Position numbers and translations under genes: made by a program. DNA of 64,000 bases from Chlorokybus atmophyticus (Eukaryota > Plantae > Mesostigma and Chlorokybus algae), in assembly GCA_009103225.1 (NCBI GenBank), contig RHPI01000773.1:148003-212002 (forward strand). Direction: 5' to 3'. Every line of letters begins with the position of its first letter. Position 1 is the first letter of the stretch. Positions 12,756 to 26,358 of the stretch are shown here, in pieces. A model generated the notes under the pieces. It was not told the DNA's origin. It saw only the letters and a list, made by a program, of their open reading frames with translations, and searched no databases.

Positions 12756-12807
12756 GTGGGGCATGCCCCACAGCTGTCAGTCAGTGCGCACTGACTGACA
12801 GCTGTCA
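12756..12807. promoter_or_regulatory. Tandem palindromes upstream of family copy 2
   Basis: GTGGGGCATGCCCCAC (12756-12771), perfect 36-bp palindrome 12770-12805, and TGACAGCTGTCA at 12796-12807. Confidence 0.55.
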
Positions 12808-13273
12808 CATCTTGGCCCGCCTCTCGCCACTCAAGGGACAGCGGTGGGGAAGTGGTAGGGGGAGAGTTTGCGTCGGCGAGGCGAGGCGAGGCGAGGTGAA
12901 GGCGAGGTGGTGAGCGGGATCATCACAGCGGTGCTCAGCCTCAGCCTGGTGGCTCCGGACCTGTCCAGCTAGCAGGTAGACGCCCCGGAACGGTGTTGAC
13001 CATCGCCATGGTCGCAGTGGTTGTCATGTCAGTGAGCGGTGCAAGCATAAAGCCATGCATGCAGTTAGGCAGTAACCTGTGCATGGATGGATCATGCATG
13101 CAAGAGTCATTTGGGAGATTGCACCGAGGAGCTCTGCCCACCCTTCGCAGCACCTTTACCTCCACTCAACAAGCTAGCTGTCCCTTCAACACCACTCATT
13201 CATCCTCAAGACCCACACACAGCAACATCACACACTCTCTCCCGCACAGGTGCAGCTAACATAGCTTATTATC

Positions 13274-14379
13274 GTGGCTCAGATGGCAGTCACCCGTGCG
13301 ATCGGCAGCTCCATCACCCCAACATGTGTGGCGCAGCAACAGCTGCGCAGCATCGGGCAGCCGGTGGCAGGCAGCGGCTACGTTACGCGTAGCATTAAGC
13401 CTCCCGCAAGCAGCAACAGGCCTGTGTCCAAGCTCGCCGCCATGGCAAAAAGAAAGGTGCTCCCACGTCTCACCGGCACAGTCACAACCTCCGCTTCCAC
13501 TCCTCCGCAAGGCAACATTGACCATGCTGATGGTAAGCTCTAAGCATGGCTTGGCCAGTCGTTGTTTCTGTTTGCTGTTTTGCTCACAGTACTCTCTTGG
13601 ACAATGCCTGGACGGGCTGAGACACCTCCCTCTTGCACGTTATTAGCCACAATCAACCTTCATGCTAAATGGCAAGTCCTCAACATTTCCAATCATGTTA
13701 CTGGTCTGGTGAAACTGTGCTCAGTGGTTGTGCTACAACAAGCACAGTTTATCAGTATAAGTCCAAGTCACTTTGAGCTGCAATTGCTGTCGTCAGGAGT
13801 TGGGTCGCCTGCTTTTCACACCTACAACTGGCAGGCAAGGGTTTTGATCCCGACTGGGTCATCCTGGAACCGCTTGAAGACAGCACAGTCCCCCACCTCA
13901 GGTTCCTCAAGAAGAGTGAGCTTCAGACCAATCTCGCAGGCGCGGTGTCCGATCTCAGGGTCATAAGCCGCTCGCTGCTGCAGCGTGTGCTTATGGATGC
14001 GGTGAAGGCCAACCGCATCACGAAAGAGAAGGCGTGCGAGATATATGACATCGCGGTGCTGTGCACGGGCCGGGTGGACACGGACCATGTGAAGACCCCA
14101 CTCCGCTGGCATCCAGCGCGCCCTCGCACCAGCGACAGGCATGTTACCTGCACGGTGGTTGTTGCATTTGCCAGCCCGATTGAGAAGGAGACCATTATGG
14201 ACGCGGCCGAGCTCACGTCGATCATGCAGGACGTGGACGGGTACAACGATGTTGTGGCGCCAATTGTGATCCTTATGAAAGTCTACCACATAATTCCTCT
14301 TGAGGAAGCCCCGGAGTGGCTAAGTCGCGATCAGGAAGGCAATTGGAGCGTCAATCCGAAGGCCTCAGATGAGCTCTAG
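13274..14379 (+). pseudogene. Family copy 2, apparently frameshifted at the start of exon 2
   Basis: Exon 1 is 13274-13532. The homologous acceptor at 13795-13796 leads into a frame different from the conserved DWVILEPLEDST...VDGYND frame, which is blocked upstream by TGA at 13774. An alternative acceptor cannot be excluded. Confidence 0.6.
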
Positions 14380-14670
14380 GCTCTTCAACTGGTATAAGGG
14401 TGCAACTTTGGTGTTGCTAATACTGCAGGACAAGGAGGAGGCAGAGCGCGGTACATACAACGTGAGGGGGTGCCACAGTGTGCGAGTCAGTCAATCACAT
14501 ACATTGGATGTTGGTGTGAAAGAATGGCACGTTTACTGGACAAGTGTAAGTGCCACCAGTGGGAGTGTGCATTGCTGTGGATCAACTCCTAAGCGGTCTG
14601 CGTCAAGCACACACAGCAACAGCCGCGTTGTTAATGCTGATGCCGATTATGGAACTCACAATAGCTGCGG

Positions 14671-14851
<181 letters not shown>

Positions 14852-15174
14852 NTGCTCAGCTCATGTGCACTTGAGTTCCGCATCCGCATCCGTTGTAAGA
14901 GAGCCCTCGTTTTGCTTTGGAAAATGTCGGAAACCTAGCTGAGCTTGCGTATATTGACTTTGCCACTACTTGCAGAATGGACACAGGATGCAGCAGCTGC
15001 CTTTGTTATGGGTGGCCCAGCTCGGGTCATTTGGAATGCGATGACGGTATCGTCAAATCGCCCGATAGCTGTTGGCGATATTCAGCATCTTGCAGTTGGA
15101 TATAGTATACGCATGGTGACTGCAACTGATGAACTCGAGTAATTACTCCATGACAAGCCCTCCGTCCCCCCCTG

Positions 15175-15298
15175 NNNNNNNNNNNNNNNNNNNNNNNNNN
15201 NNNNNNNNNNNNNNNNNNNNNNNNNNNNNNNNNNNNNNNNNNNNNNNNNNNNNNNNNNNNNNNNNNNNNNNNNNNNNNNNNNNNNNNNNNNNNNNNNN
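15175..15298. other. Assembly gap (N run)
   Basis: Ns flanked by C-rich runs. Confidence 0.99.
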
Positions 15299-16526
15299 CC
15301 TCCCCCGCTGGTGACTGGTGACTGGTGCATGTGTCGTGTGTGTGGTGTTGGTCACATGCACAGCATTGCATATATCATACACATAGCACCCCACACACAC
15401 ACACAAAGCAAGTGCAAATGGTCAGAGGGTTGACACCCGCTGCATTATTGATTGGGTCTTGATTCAATAGTATGCTCGCACGTTTTGCACTCAACTGCAT
15501 GATAGTTGAGTACGTGACAGGTGCTTTTCCAGTGTAACCAGCATTGCTCTTGAACTTATGTCAGGGTAGTATTGTTACCATCATCACAAGAGGCAAAGAG
15601 GCAAAGCGGGAATTGGTAATATGGTAAGTGCTTTGTTGCTCTGGCTTACACGTATATACCTATGCTTTCTGGAGATTGATATGCTGTGCGCCATCACCAC
15701 CATCAAGTTGAGTCGCTGTCGATTGAGCATGCAGGCGCCTGCAGGCCTCACAGTACATAAAGCCTGTTCACAATCTACACGCTGTTCCACAGCTACAGAC
15801 CAGCTCCAGCAGCCGCTGCGCCACGCCTTGCCCGCTTTTCTTCGAAAGGCGAGGGTCACCCCCACTTCCCCTCTTTCCCCCACCTCCCTCCGCCCGCAAG
15901 CCAGCAAGCGCTTAGAGCTCATAGCTTTGGGATGCACGCCGGCAAGGCGGAGGAGTCTATGCAAAAGGCGCTGACCCACTGACCGACCTGTCGTGGGGCA
16001 CTGACAGCTGTCACCTCTTGGCCTGTCATGTCTCTCTCTTTCTCTCTTACTGACTGCTTGAGAGAGCAGCGAGGGAGTTGGAGGGGGGCGAGGTAGGTTG
16101 CTGCATAGGCGAGGCGAGGCGAGGCGAGGCGAGGAGTTTGCGTGGCTGCCCCATCATCCAGGCCCGCTATTCCGGGCCTGCCCCGCTGAGGTAAGCTTAA
16201 ACACCCGGCCGACCAGGCCGACCTGCCCTGCCACGCGTTGCCCTACCTATTGTTCAGTCAGCGGTGCAAGCATTACCCATGCATGCAGTCTGTCAGTACC
16301 ATGTAGATGCACAGATCATGCACGCAAAAGTCGTCAGGGAGGTTGCGTGAGGGGCTCTGCGCCCACCCCTTAAGTCACAACCCTTAGATCAACCTTTCCT
16401 CCATTCAACAAGCTAGAAGTCCCCTCAATACCACTCAGTCAGCCTCAAACCTTACCCACAGCAGCTTCATACTCTCTTCCTCACACGCGCAGCTTAGAAG
16501 AGAAGCTTTGATTTCTCTATGCGCAG

Positions 16527-17749
16527 ATGGCGTTCACCCGCGCTGTCTGCAGCTCCCTTTTCCCAACATGTCTGGTAGCAGGCCGAGGCAGTGGATGCGT
16601 CACACGCCGCATCAAGCCTCCTCCAGCAAACATGAGCAGGCCTGTGTCAAAGCTCGCCATTGCAAAAAGGAAGGTACTGCCGCGCCTCACCGGCACAATC
16701 ACCACCTCCTCCGCTTCCAATCAGCCGAAAGGCGACGATGACGGTGCTTATGATGGTAAGCTCTGCATTGCTTAACCTTTATGGATATCTCCTACGCCGC
16801 TACAGACGTTACAAAAAGGGGATACACAGCAGCAGCTAGAATTATTGGCTTGGCCAAGCATTGTTTGAGTCTCTCTTTGCTTCCTGTTATGCTGACAATG
16901 CTCGCTCACACCGTGTGAGCGAGCACTGTCACACGTTGAGTCACACATAGCTTGAACTGGCTATGTACCTGTAAGTTCCTCTCGCCTTATCTGTAGCTAC
17001 TACAACTCACCTTCATATAACAGCACAATTTGTGATGTTAACCTGGAGTCAACATTTCCAATGTTGCTGTTCTTGGAACTGTGCTCAGCTATTGTGGCAC
17101 AGTGTGCACTTGGAGGTGCATTTGCTGTCAAGAGTTACCTCCCGTAACATGGGAGCTAATTAAAACCAATCTCTCACACCCACTGCGCGTGGTGCTGGCA
17201 GGAAAGTTAGACCCCGACTGGCTCATCCTGGAGCCCTTTCAAGACAGCACAATCCCCCACCTCAGGTTCATCAAGAAAAGTGAGCTAGAGTCCCAGCTCG
17301 CAGACGTGGTGTCTGATCTCCGCGTCCTGAGCCGCGCACTGCAGCAGCATTTGCTGCTTGCTGCGGTGAAGGTCAAGCGCATGAGTAAAGAAGAGGCGTG
17401 CGAGTTGTACAACACGACATTGCTGTGCACGGGCCGAGTGAAACCGGAAGGGCTTGAAGCTAACCTACAGTGGCATCCATTCCGCCCACGATACACCGAC
17501 AGCGATGGCCGTGTCTCCTGCACAATAACTGTTGCGTTTGCAAGTCAACTCGCGTCGGAGACCACCAATAATACATGTGAGTTCGCCAGGCTCATGATGG
17601 ATGTGGACGGGTACAATGACCTCGTGTTGCCACTTGTGGTCTCCATGCACATTTACCACTTGATTCCTCTTGAGACAGCCCCGGAGTGGCTGAGTCGTGA
17701 TGAGGAAGGCTATCTGAAGTTTAACTCGCGGGCGGTAGATGAGCGCTAG
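16527..17749 (+). CDS. Unknown-function protein, family copy 3 (exons 16527-16755, 17133-17749)
   Basis: Same exon structure as copy 1. The phase-1 intron 16756-17132 gives an open frame ending APEWLSRDEEGYLKFNSRAVDER*. Confidence 0.75.
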
Positions 17750-19083
17750 GTGGTTGTCTTCAATTGACGACAAGGGTGCAACTTTGAGTTGCAAACAGAG
17801 GAAGACCGCGCTACACATTGCAGGGATGCCACAGTGAGCAAGTCCACCAATGTAGGAGAACTCCACGTTTTGACGTTTTGGATCAGAATCTGTACTAGGG
17901 GCCATAAAATAGTGAAAGAGGCATACAGTCTACTGGTGGTACAATGGGAGTGTGTATTGCTGTTGCCGCAAATTAGCATGTCATGGACTCGCGCATGAGT
18001 CTGTAACATAATGGACTTGTGCATGTGATAAATGACACTATGCATGAGCAATGACGTAGCGCATTTTGTACAACATGTAGGATGCAGGGATGTGTGCATT
18101 GTGCGCAAGCTTGCATTGCGACCTCAGCCAGGATGCGAAACTCTTGACTGTGACAGCCGCTACCCTGGTGTGGGTACATGTCCGCGCTACTGTGAGATGG
18201 CTGTGGGTTTGGCACCAATGCCGAAAAGACTGTACAGCAAGAATGCTCAAGATATTGTGTAGTCATTGAGCCAATGCTGGACGTGTGGTCGCTGATGATA
18301 AGCTGGTATAGTTATCACATGTGAGTGTACATGATGAAGAAAACACGCTTGACAGCGTGCTTGCTAAGGGGTTGACGTTCAATGACATCGACTATTGGGT
18401 CTTGCTCGACACTGCATGCGCACCTTCTGGTCAGATAATTTGAATCTAGAAACCATGTAACATGTATTCTTCTAGCAAAAAACTATTTTTACAACTACAA
18501 ACCACCATTCGACGCATGCGCCTCCATAACACTTGCACTGAGGCTGCAAATCGAGTGCTAGTGATGTTTCTACAAGAATATCACACCCCTTGCTGCACTA
18601 GCTGGCACAAGCAAGATTTGCAATTGATGCCTAGCTCTTGACTGACTTGGTGTGGTTGTAGGTGGGTTACAACAAAACACCAAGCATGCCAAGCAAGCTG
18701 AAAAACAAATGATAGCATGGCTACCTGCATGCTCTCATGCCTGTGCCCCAGTCTCTCGCTTCTTCCACCCGTCCCCCTTCCCTCTCACTGCCTCCAGCAT
18801 ACCCATGTAATGACCCAAACCTGCAAATGCCGCAACCATCCAAGTTTGGATACAACATTCCACACCTCACCCACAATACCATAACATATCTGTACCCTTA
18901 ACCTACTGCGCCTCTTTTGTATATACAGCTGCTGAACCTGTGCACAATTCTGCAGAGATATATAGCATGCCCGCTGAGCTTCAGGCTCACACACACTCTT
19001 CAGGCGCATGCCTCTGCGACAGCTTCGTCTTGATCTACAACTTCAATACCCTCAAAACAAAACGGAACCTGAGGCAAAACCCC

Positions 19084-19799
19084 CTAAAACTTCCCTTTCA
19101 GAAAGTTCTCAGTCGAATTGCCACCCCCAAAGAATATGTCATCCTGCGAGCAAACGAGCTGTCAGTGCAGCCGACAACACTGGTATGACCATCCACTAAC
19201 ACACCAGACAGCTGCTGTATGCGCATGACATAACAACAAGCAAAGTGGCCGTTGTTGCATGCTACTTGGTTCAACGCAACAAAGCTGCTTACCACCGACT
19301 GCCCTTTGCTGGCGGGCACAGCGCCGCAGTCACATCTGCGGTATGCTGTTGCAAAGGGTATGAGCTTGGAACCTATCCATTCAATCCGCCCAGTGCCGTT
19401 GCACTTCTTGCACACTTCCTGCGGGATAACACCAGTACACGAGTGTGGGTGACATACAACGTGCAACTCAAAGCAACGTGCAAGCACACTAAGAAGACGT
19501 GCATAGCCAGCAGCTAGACGAGCTGCAAGTGGCGGTAAAGCAAGCAAACTAGCTGCGGCAAGGACATAAGTACAACCAAGCATGAAGCGCACGCCAACCT
19601 TGGGCTTCTCTTCCTCCTCCTCCTCCTCGGAGGGTGAAGGCCCCTGCTGGCCCTGAGAGCTCTCTTCAGCGGAGGCTCGCACAGCGAATGACGCTCTCCT
19701 GCTGCGGGTGCGTCTTCCCAGTCGCCTTTGCGACCCAGACAAGCGGCCGGGGAACACTGCCACCGACGACACCGAGGACACCGCCGCCGCCGACGCCAT
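19084..19799 (-). CDS. Small plastid-targeted DnaJ-type (DnaJE-like) cysteine-rich zinc-finger protein
   Basis: Exons are approximately 19799-19600, 19418-19293 and 19143-19084, all phase 0. Transit-peptide-like N-terminus MASAAAVSS...FAVRASA. Motifs CKKCNGTG and RRCDC, ending KGQSVDDIFFGGGNSTENFLKGKF*. Confidence 0.7.
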
Positions 19800-20076
19800 G
19801 CTGCACTCCATGATTGGCCTGAGTAAAATCCGGAATGGAGCAAGCAGCAAAAAAGATTGAATATCCCAATTCGTTCGACAGAACGCACAAACACGGATCC
19901 GAGGAAACTCCAAAAGCCTGATCCGGTTTTAACACTACAGGATTGCAAGAACGGGATTCAGCCGAAGCATGTGACGCGCACTGCGGTGTACTAGCAGAGC
20001 ATGCGGCGGGGCATCTCCACGGGCTGTGGTGTAGCCACGTAAGAGCAGCCAGCTTGGCATACTGCCACGTGGTGCA

Positions 20077-22578
20077 ATGACGTGCACCGCAGCTGCGGCG
20101 GCGGCGACGGTGGTCGCATTGCACAGGTCGTCAGCATGCCTGCGGAGCTCTGCGACACCGTCGCCTGCCAAGGCTCCCGCACGGTCCAGGTGTGGGAAGC
20201 TTGCTGCGCCGCCAGTGGCCCAGACCAGGCGCACCAGTCTGGTCGCTGCCGCCACCGCCGCCACGGATGTGGGCCGCATGCAACCGGAGGCGGAGAAGGT
20301 CAGCGATGACAGTCACAACGACGTTGGCATTACGCTCGAGAGCGATGCCAAACGGGAGGTTGTCGCCACAGAGGCCCAATTGGAGGCATGCAAAAGGTGC
20401 TGACGACATGTGTGTACCGAGCCTCAAGACATAAAGCCTGCAAAGTTGACTGAACTGCATAAGTTGATCTTGCAACGTGTGCAAGTCAATTCACTTCAAG
20501 TTTACACAGTCAAACCCTCACACTCACCTACACACATGCGTACGCGTGCGTGCGCTTGCGTGCGCACGTGTATGTGCGTGCATGCATGTGTTGGCTGTTG
20601 GCTTTGATTGAGCGCCCATGCATGTATTACACGCAGGGCGATTGAGGCGCACATGAAGGAGGTGCGTGCACACCCGCACTTCCGTGGTGAGAAGTCCGTC
20701 CCGACCTACCGCTTCCATCCCGCGGGGACAGCGGTCCACGGCACCTGCCTCCTCTTCCACGGTAGGCTGGCTTACTGAAGACACGTGTGCTTGCAATCGT
20801 TGTTGTTGCCGTGAGATTACCACAATGCACTCATACTTCTACCCACCCACTTACATATTTAGTACTTCAACACAACCCACGACAAGCGTTCGCCCTCTTG
20901 TTTGTTGACACCATGTACACTCGTCGCTGGTTTAACATGTGTGCATGCGCGTGTCACTTTGCCAATGGTGTGGCTTGTTAATCTTTTTGACAGGTTACGC
21001 TGCGACAGTCCACCAGTTTCGGGTGTTGACAGACTTCTTGTTCAAGGCTGGGTTCAACGTGTACAGCTGCGAAATCGCCGGACACACTTGCGTGGTGAGC
21101 CGGCACAGGCGTGTGAGTGTGCGTGTGTGCATGCTTACGCGCGGTTGTCGGCATGCGTGCATGCGTGCACGTGTGGATAACCGAGGACGCTTGTTATGTG
21201 TGATGGCAAATTTCCAAATGCTTTTGTCTCTCAGGAGGCGGCGGAGACATGGCCTTTGACTGCGCTGCAGCCGGACATTTTTCTAAGGCTGGAACAGAAA
21301 GTCAAGGCTGATGAGGTGCTTCTGAAGTTCTTTCGCGAGCTAAAGGAAGCCAAGTCAGCAGGCAAGCATTGTGCACTCATTGCTCGACTCATTTGATAAG
21401 TATTACGCTCACACGCTCTTACAAAGGTTTACTTGCGTGAAGATGAAGCGCCGAAGCCAGGCATCATCGGCACGCTCGACCTCCTGCGGCGCTTTGCAAC
21501 ACTCGACTCGGAGCTGCCGGCCATTATCAAAGCCATCGAGTCGAATGGCGACCCCAACTTTGACAAGTACTTCGAGTCCACGCACTTGCGGTACCTCACT
21601 GAAGCTGAGGACCGACTCAGAGAAGTGGATGCCATGCCTGGCCCTATCTATACACTGGGCTTGAGGTACATTGCACCACCTTGTCCATCCAACATGTGCA
21701 CACGCATTCGTGTATTGTTACATGTATTGAATGCACATGCGCACTATCGCGCGTACAAGCGCTTTTGCACGCATCCACAGCCACACACACAGCCCCCGTG
21801 CCGGCGCACACGCCTACCCTTGTGTTTGTGACCCACTCACCGCCTGTCCATCTGTCCTCAGTGTTGGCGGGGCTGTGGCGCTGGCCCTGGCACAGTCTCA
21901 CCCAGAGCGTGTAAAGCGTGTGGTGGCCTACGCCCCTTTGCTCCGCGTGCACGGCTCTGCTGAAGACCACATTGTCGCCCTCCTAGGACCCCTAAACATC
22001 TCTGAATCAGGTCCATGAGAGCTTCATTCACAAGTGTATGCAGTATGCTTGCTGTCAATGCTTACATGAACAACAACACTTGCTTCTCTTCTAGGTTGGG
22101 ACCCTGAGCTGCAGTTTCCGCTCGGGTGTTTCACTGCGGCGAGAGCTTTTGGAGGCTTTGTGCGCACCCCCGAAAGGACTGAAGTGCTGAAGAAGGTCCC
22201 CACGTTGTTCGTGCTCACGGAGAACGAGGATGCAGCATGCGTGGACACCAACCGCGACGTGTCAACGGCCCTCGGGGATGAAACGGACAAGCATTTTCTC
22301 CATGTGTTCTCCGCTGCGCAGGTGGGCAACCTTGTAGTTGTTGTGTGCATTTATGTGGTTTATGAACAGAGAAGTGATTGTATCTTGTGTATCAGATGGT
22401 GCCCCACCCGATGATTGACCCGGCGGAAGTGTCGCAAGACATGAAGAACTTCTACTGGCAGAGTCTGTATCAAGAGACGTACCGGTTTCTTGTCAAGGAA
22501 GAGTTTGACGCGGCAAACATGCGCACATTGCAGCAGGACCTCTCAGGCGGCGTGCCGTATGTACCGTTATCGTTCTGA
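20077..22578 (+). CDS. Alpha/beta hydrolase (esterase/lipase-like) with transit-peptide-like N-terminus, multi-exon
   Basis: Spliced exons give CLLFHG, YSCEIAGH, the nucleophile motif GL|SVGG (split by intron 21666-21861), RVVAYAPLL, LTENED and VPHPMIDP. Some internal splice sites are uncertain. Confidence 0.82.
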
Positions 22579-24769
22579 TTGAATAGCTTGCTTATATATA
22601 TTCTATGTGTAATTGTGACTTATCCGTTTGATTATTGTAGGCATTGCTTGCAACTTTGTATAGACTGAGTCACACCATGCTACAGACAGCCAGGCGATGC
22701 TGGTGATGGCAGGGGAGTCACGCGTGCATGTGCACACAAGTGTGGTCAACTGTTGAAAATATAATGCCTAATGTTGCTTGAAAATCAGGAACGGTTGACT
22801 AGAGCTTGTGTATACAACAGAAGCAATAGCTTATGCGTTCGCAATCAGACAATGCAATATCCGGTTTTGTGCATGCTTACACATGCGGATATTTATGCAC
22901 CTAAGAGCATGCGTGCATTTGTGACTTTGGAAGAAGCTCGGCGGTAGAATGATGGATATGATGGCAGTAATTGGTACTAATTGTGTATCATAGTTGTCAC
23001 CTCTTTTTGAATGGCATTATGAGCATGAATCTTCATCCAATAATATTCGCCTTACAATACCAAGGCCAACTTGGAATGGGGCCCTTGTACGTAATATGCG
23101 CGCTATGCAGGATGTGATAAGTTGCAAAGCAATGTACGCATGTATGTGATGTACATATGTTCTTTATGACGAATATGTTATGGAGACAACAACATCAAGC
23201 TGAAACATCTTACAATGATAGCGTCATCAGCCAATGGTTGGAAGATCGCTTTGCACATGGTCGAAAGAAGCATTGCTGTAATCATCAACGTAAACATGTA
23301 TACGATTCAAAGCAAAGTAAAACCACATTATAACATATTACCCATAAACATCATTTAGCCTTATTCGATAAAGCAAATTATATCGTACAAAGGCGATGCC
23401 AATTCTGCACATCGGACCCATGTAAGCAATCACAACCCTCACTAAGGGTTGGCAACAGCGCAGCGAGCTTCAGAGCGTTTGTTAATCTCAGAGCCCAAAC
23501 TTGATGCAAATGCCGATATCTCAGCAATACCGCCGCATCAAGGCTTAATGGGCTTGTGGTCCAAGTAGTGAGCATGCATGCTTTCCTCTACCTTCCTCTA
23601 CCTACCTTCATATTGCAAGGTCCTTGAAGGTCGCCTTTCTCGCCGCAAGTGACACCCTGCATATTAAGAGTGAGCTAGCTCTACCACACTCCATGTGCTA
23701 ACTCTATCTCTCGCAACCACACTATGGGATTCGGAGACTACGAACCAAAACACTATTGTTGGCCTTTTGTATCTAACCATGTTGATGTCATAAAACATTG
23801 CAGAGACATTCAACTATGTGGTTACCGCCTGGCACGCGGTAGTGATTGAGGCCATGATTAGCCCATAACTTGGATGGAGATGCACATTACAGCATGCATG
23901 CTTGTGTGACTGACGGGGCAGGCAGGTAGTGATAGTGTGAGAGATGTCGTTAGTAGCCGCTACTTCTATCTCCACTACCTGGCCAGTGCTGAAGTGGTGA
24001 TCTGTCTGGTTGTGACCGGCTGTGTGTACAAGAGATGGCTACCATGTGGTCACTATAGTGAGCACATGCATGTGCGGTTTGCTTCACACCATGTACATTG
24101 ATGCACCATGTTGTAGGCGAGACAGATTCATGCAATGCCTCAAGTTTGCATAAAGCACATGCTTGGAGTGCTGATTGTATGAAATACAATTGAGCGGTTA
24201 CTTACGCCTTTGCAAGTGCATGTGCACGCACGAGGTTATGTACACGCTTGCCAAGTATGCTTTGGAATGTTCGTCTGCTTGCACACAAACATGCACATGT
24301 GTGTGTGTATGCATAAGGGTGGTGGAGTACATGTTTGCGTACGCGTGTGGCTGGGCGGCTGGTGGGCCGGCCAGCAAGTGGGTTGGTGTGTGAGTTTGAG
24401 TGCTGGGATGCATGCATGCGAATCTGTGCAGGCTGTGTGGTCACACATGCAAGCGAGTGAATGCATATTTGGTCCTTCGCATGCTCATGTGGTTGTGCAT
24501 GTGTGTAGGCTTGTGGTACTCATCCCATGAATACGTGCGCCCATGCACAAGTACATGCAGTCACTTGCAGACAGTCCTCTCGCATTAACATTAATGGACT
24601 CTCACGCTGTGGCACCTTGCAAGTTGTGTAACGCTGTTCCTCCGTATTGTCCTCAACTTGACCACGCACCCTTGTTGTTAGTTGAAGACAACCACCTAGA
24701 GCTCAGCTCGGGCTTTGGAATTGACTCACGAATAGCCTTCCTCATCGCGACTCAGCCACTCTGGGCTTT

Positions 24770-25812
24770 TCATAGGGGCATAATGTGGTACATGTTCATA
24801 GCGACCGCGAGTGGCGGGACGACGTTGTTGTAACCATCCACGTCCTGCATGAGCTTGGTGAGGTCGGCTGAACAGGTGACGGTCTCCTTCTCAAGCTGGC
24901 TTGCAATTCCAACAGCCAGCGTGCAGGAGACATGGCCGTCGATGATGTGTCGCGGGCGCGCTGGATGCCAGCATAGCTGCTTGACCTTTAGCTCATCCGG
25001 GCGCACCCGGCCCGTACACACCATCGTTGTGTCATACAGCTTGCACGCCGTCACTTTCGTGATGCGGTTGGCCTCCACCGCGTCCAGCAGCACTCGCTGC
25101 TGCAGCGAGCGGCGCATGACATGGAGATCAGACACCATGCATGCGAGCTCAAACTTGAGCTCGCTCTTCTTGATGAACTTGAGGTGGGGAAATGTGCTGC
25201 CTTCAAGAGGCTCCAGGATGACCCAGTCGGGATTCAAATTCCCTGCCACCATACACAGTGGGTGTGAGAAGTTCCGTTCCATTTCACAAAGCGGGAGGCT
25301 ACTCTTGATTTCTGATGACAGCACATGCACCTCAAAGAGTGTCGCTTCACACCAGAAAACTTGTGCTCAGCTGTTGAGGCACAACAGCATAGTTTCACAA
25401 GAACAGCAATATGGAGAGCTTGTCCTAGGACACAGTAGTAATGTGTGGCTACAATCAAGGCAAGAGGGAGGTATTCTCTGAGGCCACTCCAAGCAGTGTT
25501 GAAGTGATCACTGTGAGCAAAACATGAAGCAAAGAGAGACTAACACAGCGACTGGCCAAGCCATGCTGAGAGCTTACCATCACCAGCGCGGTCACCGTCG
25601 CCTTGCTGAGTGGTCGCGCAGGTGGTGACGATGGCAACGAGGCGCGGGAGCATCTTCGTTTTTGCCACGGTGAGCTTTGGCATAGGCGTGCCAATGCTTG
25701 CGGGAGGCTGCGCAGCTGCGTGCCACATCCTCGGCCTCGGCCTGCTACCAGCTGCATGATGCGCAGCATGTGCCGGGGAAAGGGAGCTGTAGACCGCGCG
25801 AGCGAATGCCAT
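24770..25812 (-). pseudogene. Family copy 4, inverted (exons 25812-25578, 25311-24770), C-terminally truncated
   Basis: Same exon layout and motifs. A 1-nt deletion after YHIMPL creates TGA at 24772-24770. The conserved EWLSRDEEG continues out of frame. Confidence 0.65.
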
Positions 25813-26318
25813 CTTTGTGTGAGAGGCAGAGGGAGAGGGAGAGGGAGAGGGAGAGAGGGAGCGAGGGAGAGAGGGAGAGAGGGAGATGCTGCTGTGCCTG
25901 GGCTTGAGGCTAATTGAGTGGTACAACGGGCCGTTCTAGCTTGTGGAGTGGAGAGTAAGGGTGTTGAGCTAAAGGGTGGGCGCAGAGCCCCTCTCGCAAC
26001 TTCCTCATGCATGCACAGGTTGCAAAGGACTGCATGCACGCATGGCGCATGCTTGCACCGCTGACTGAACGACAACTATGGCAACAGATGGCAACGCCCC
26101 AATGACAGCAACGCAGAGCACCCTGCCTGACCCGACCACTGGTCTGTTGAGCTCCCGGGCGTCTGTCTACCCCAGTCGGGAGGGTCGCAGCAGCAGGCAG
26201 AGGCTCAGCAACGCTGGATGATGGATGGGGAAGCCGCGTAACACCTCCTCGCCTCGCCTCGCCGCAGCAACCCTTTTCGTAATGCTCTCGACTTAGCAGT
26301 CAGCTTAAGCTTAAGCTT

Positions 26319-26358
26319 AAGCTTAAGCTGAGCTTGAGCTCAAGCTCAGCTTAAGCTT
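26319..26358. repeat. Perfect 40-bp palindrome within an AAGCTT-type array, upstream of copy 4
   Basis: AAGCTTAAGCTGAGCTTGAGCTCAAGCTCAGCTTAAGCTT equals its own reverse complement. Confidence 0.9.
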
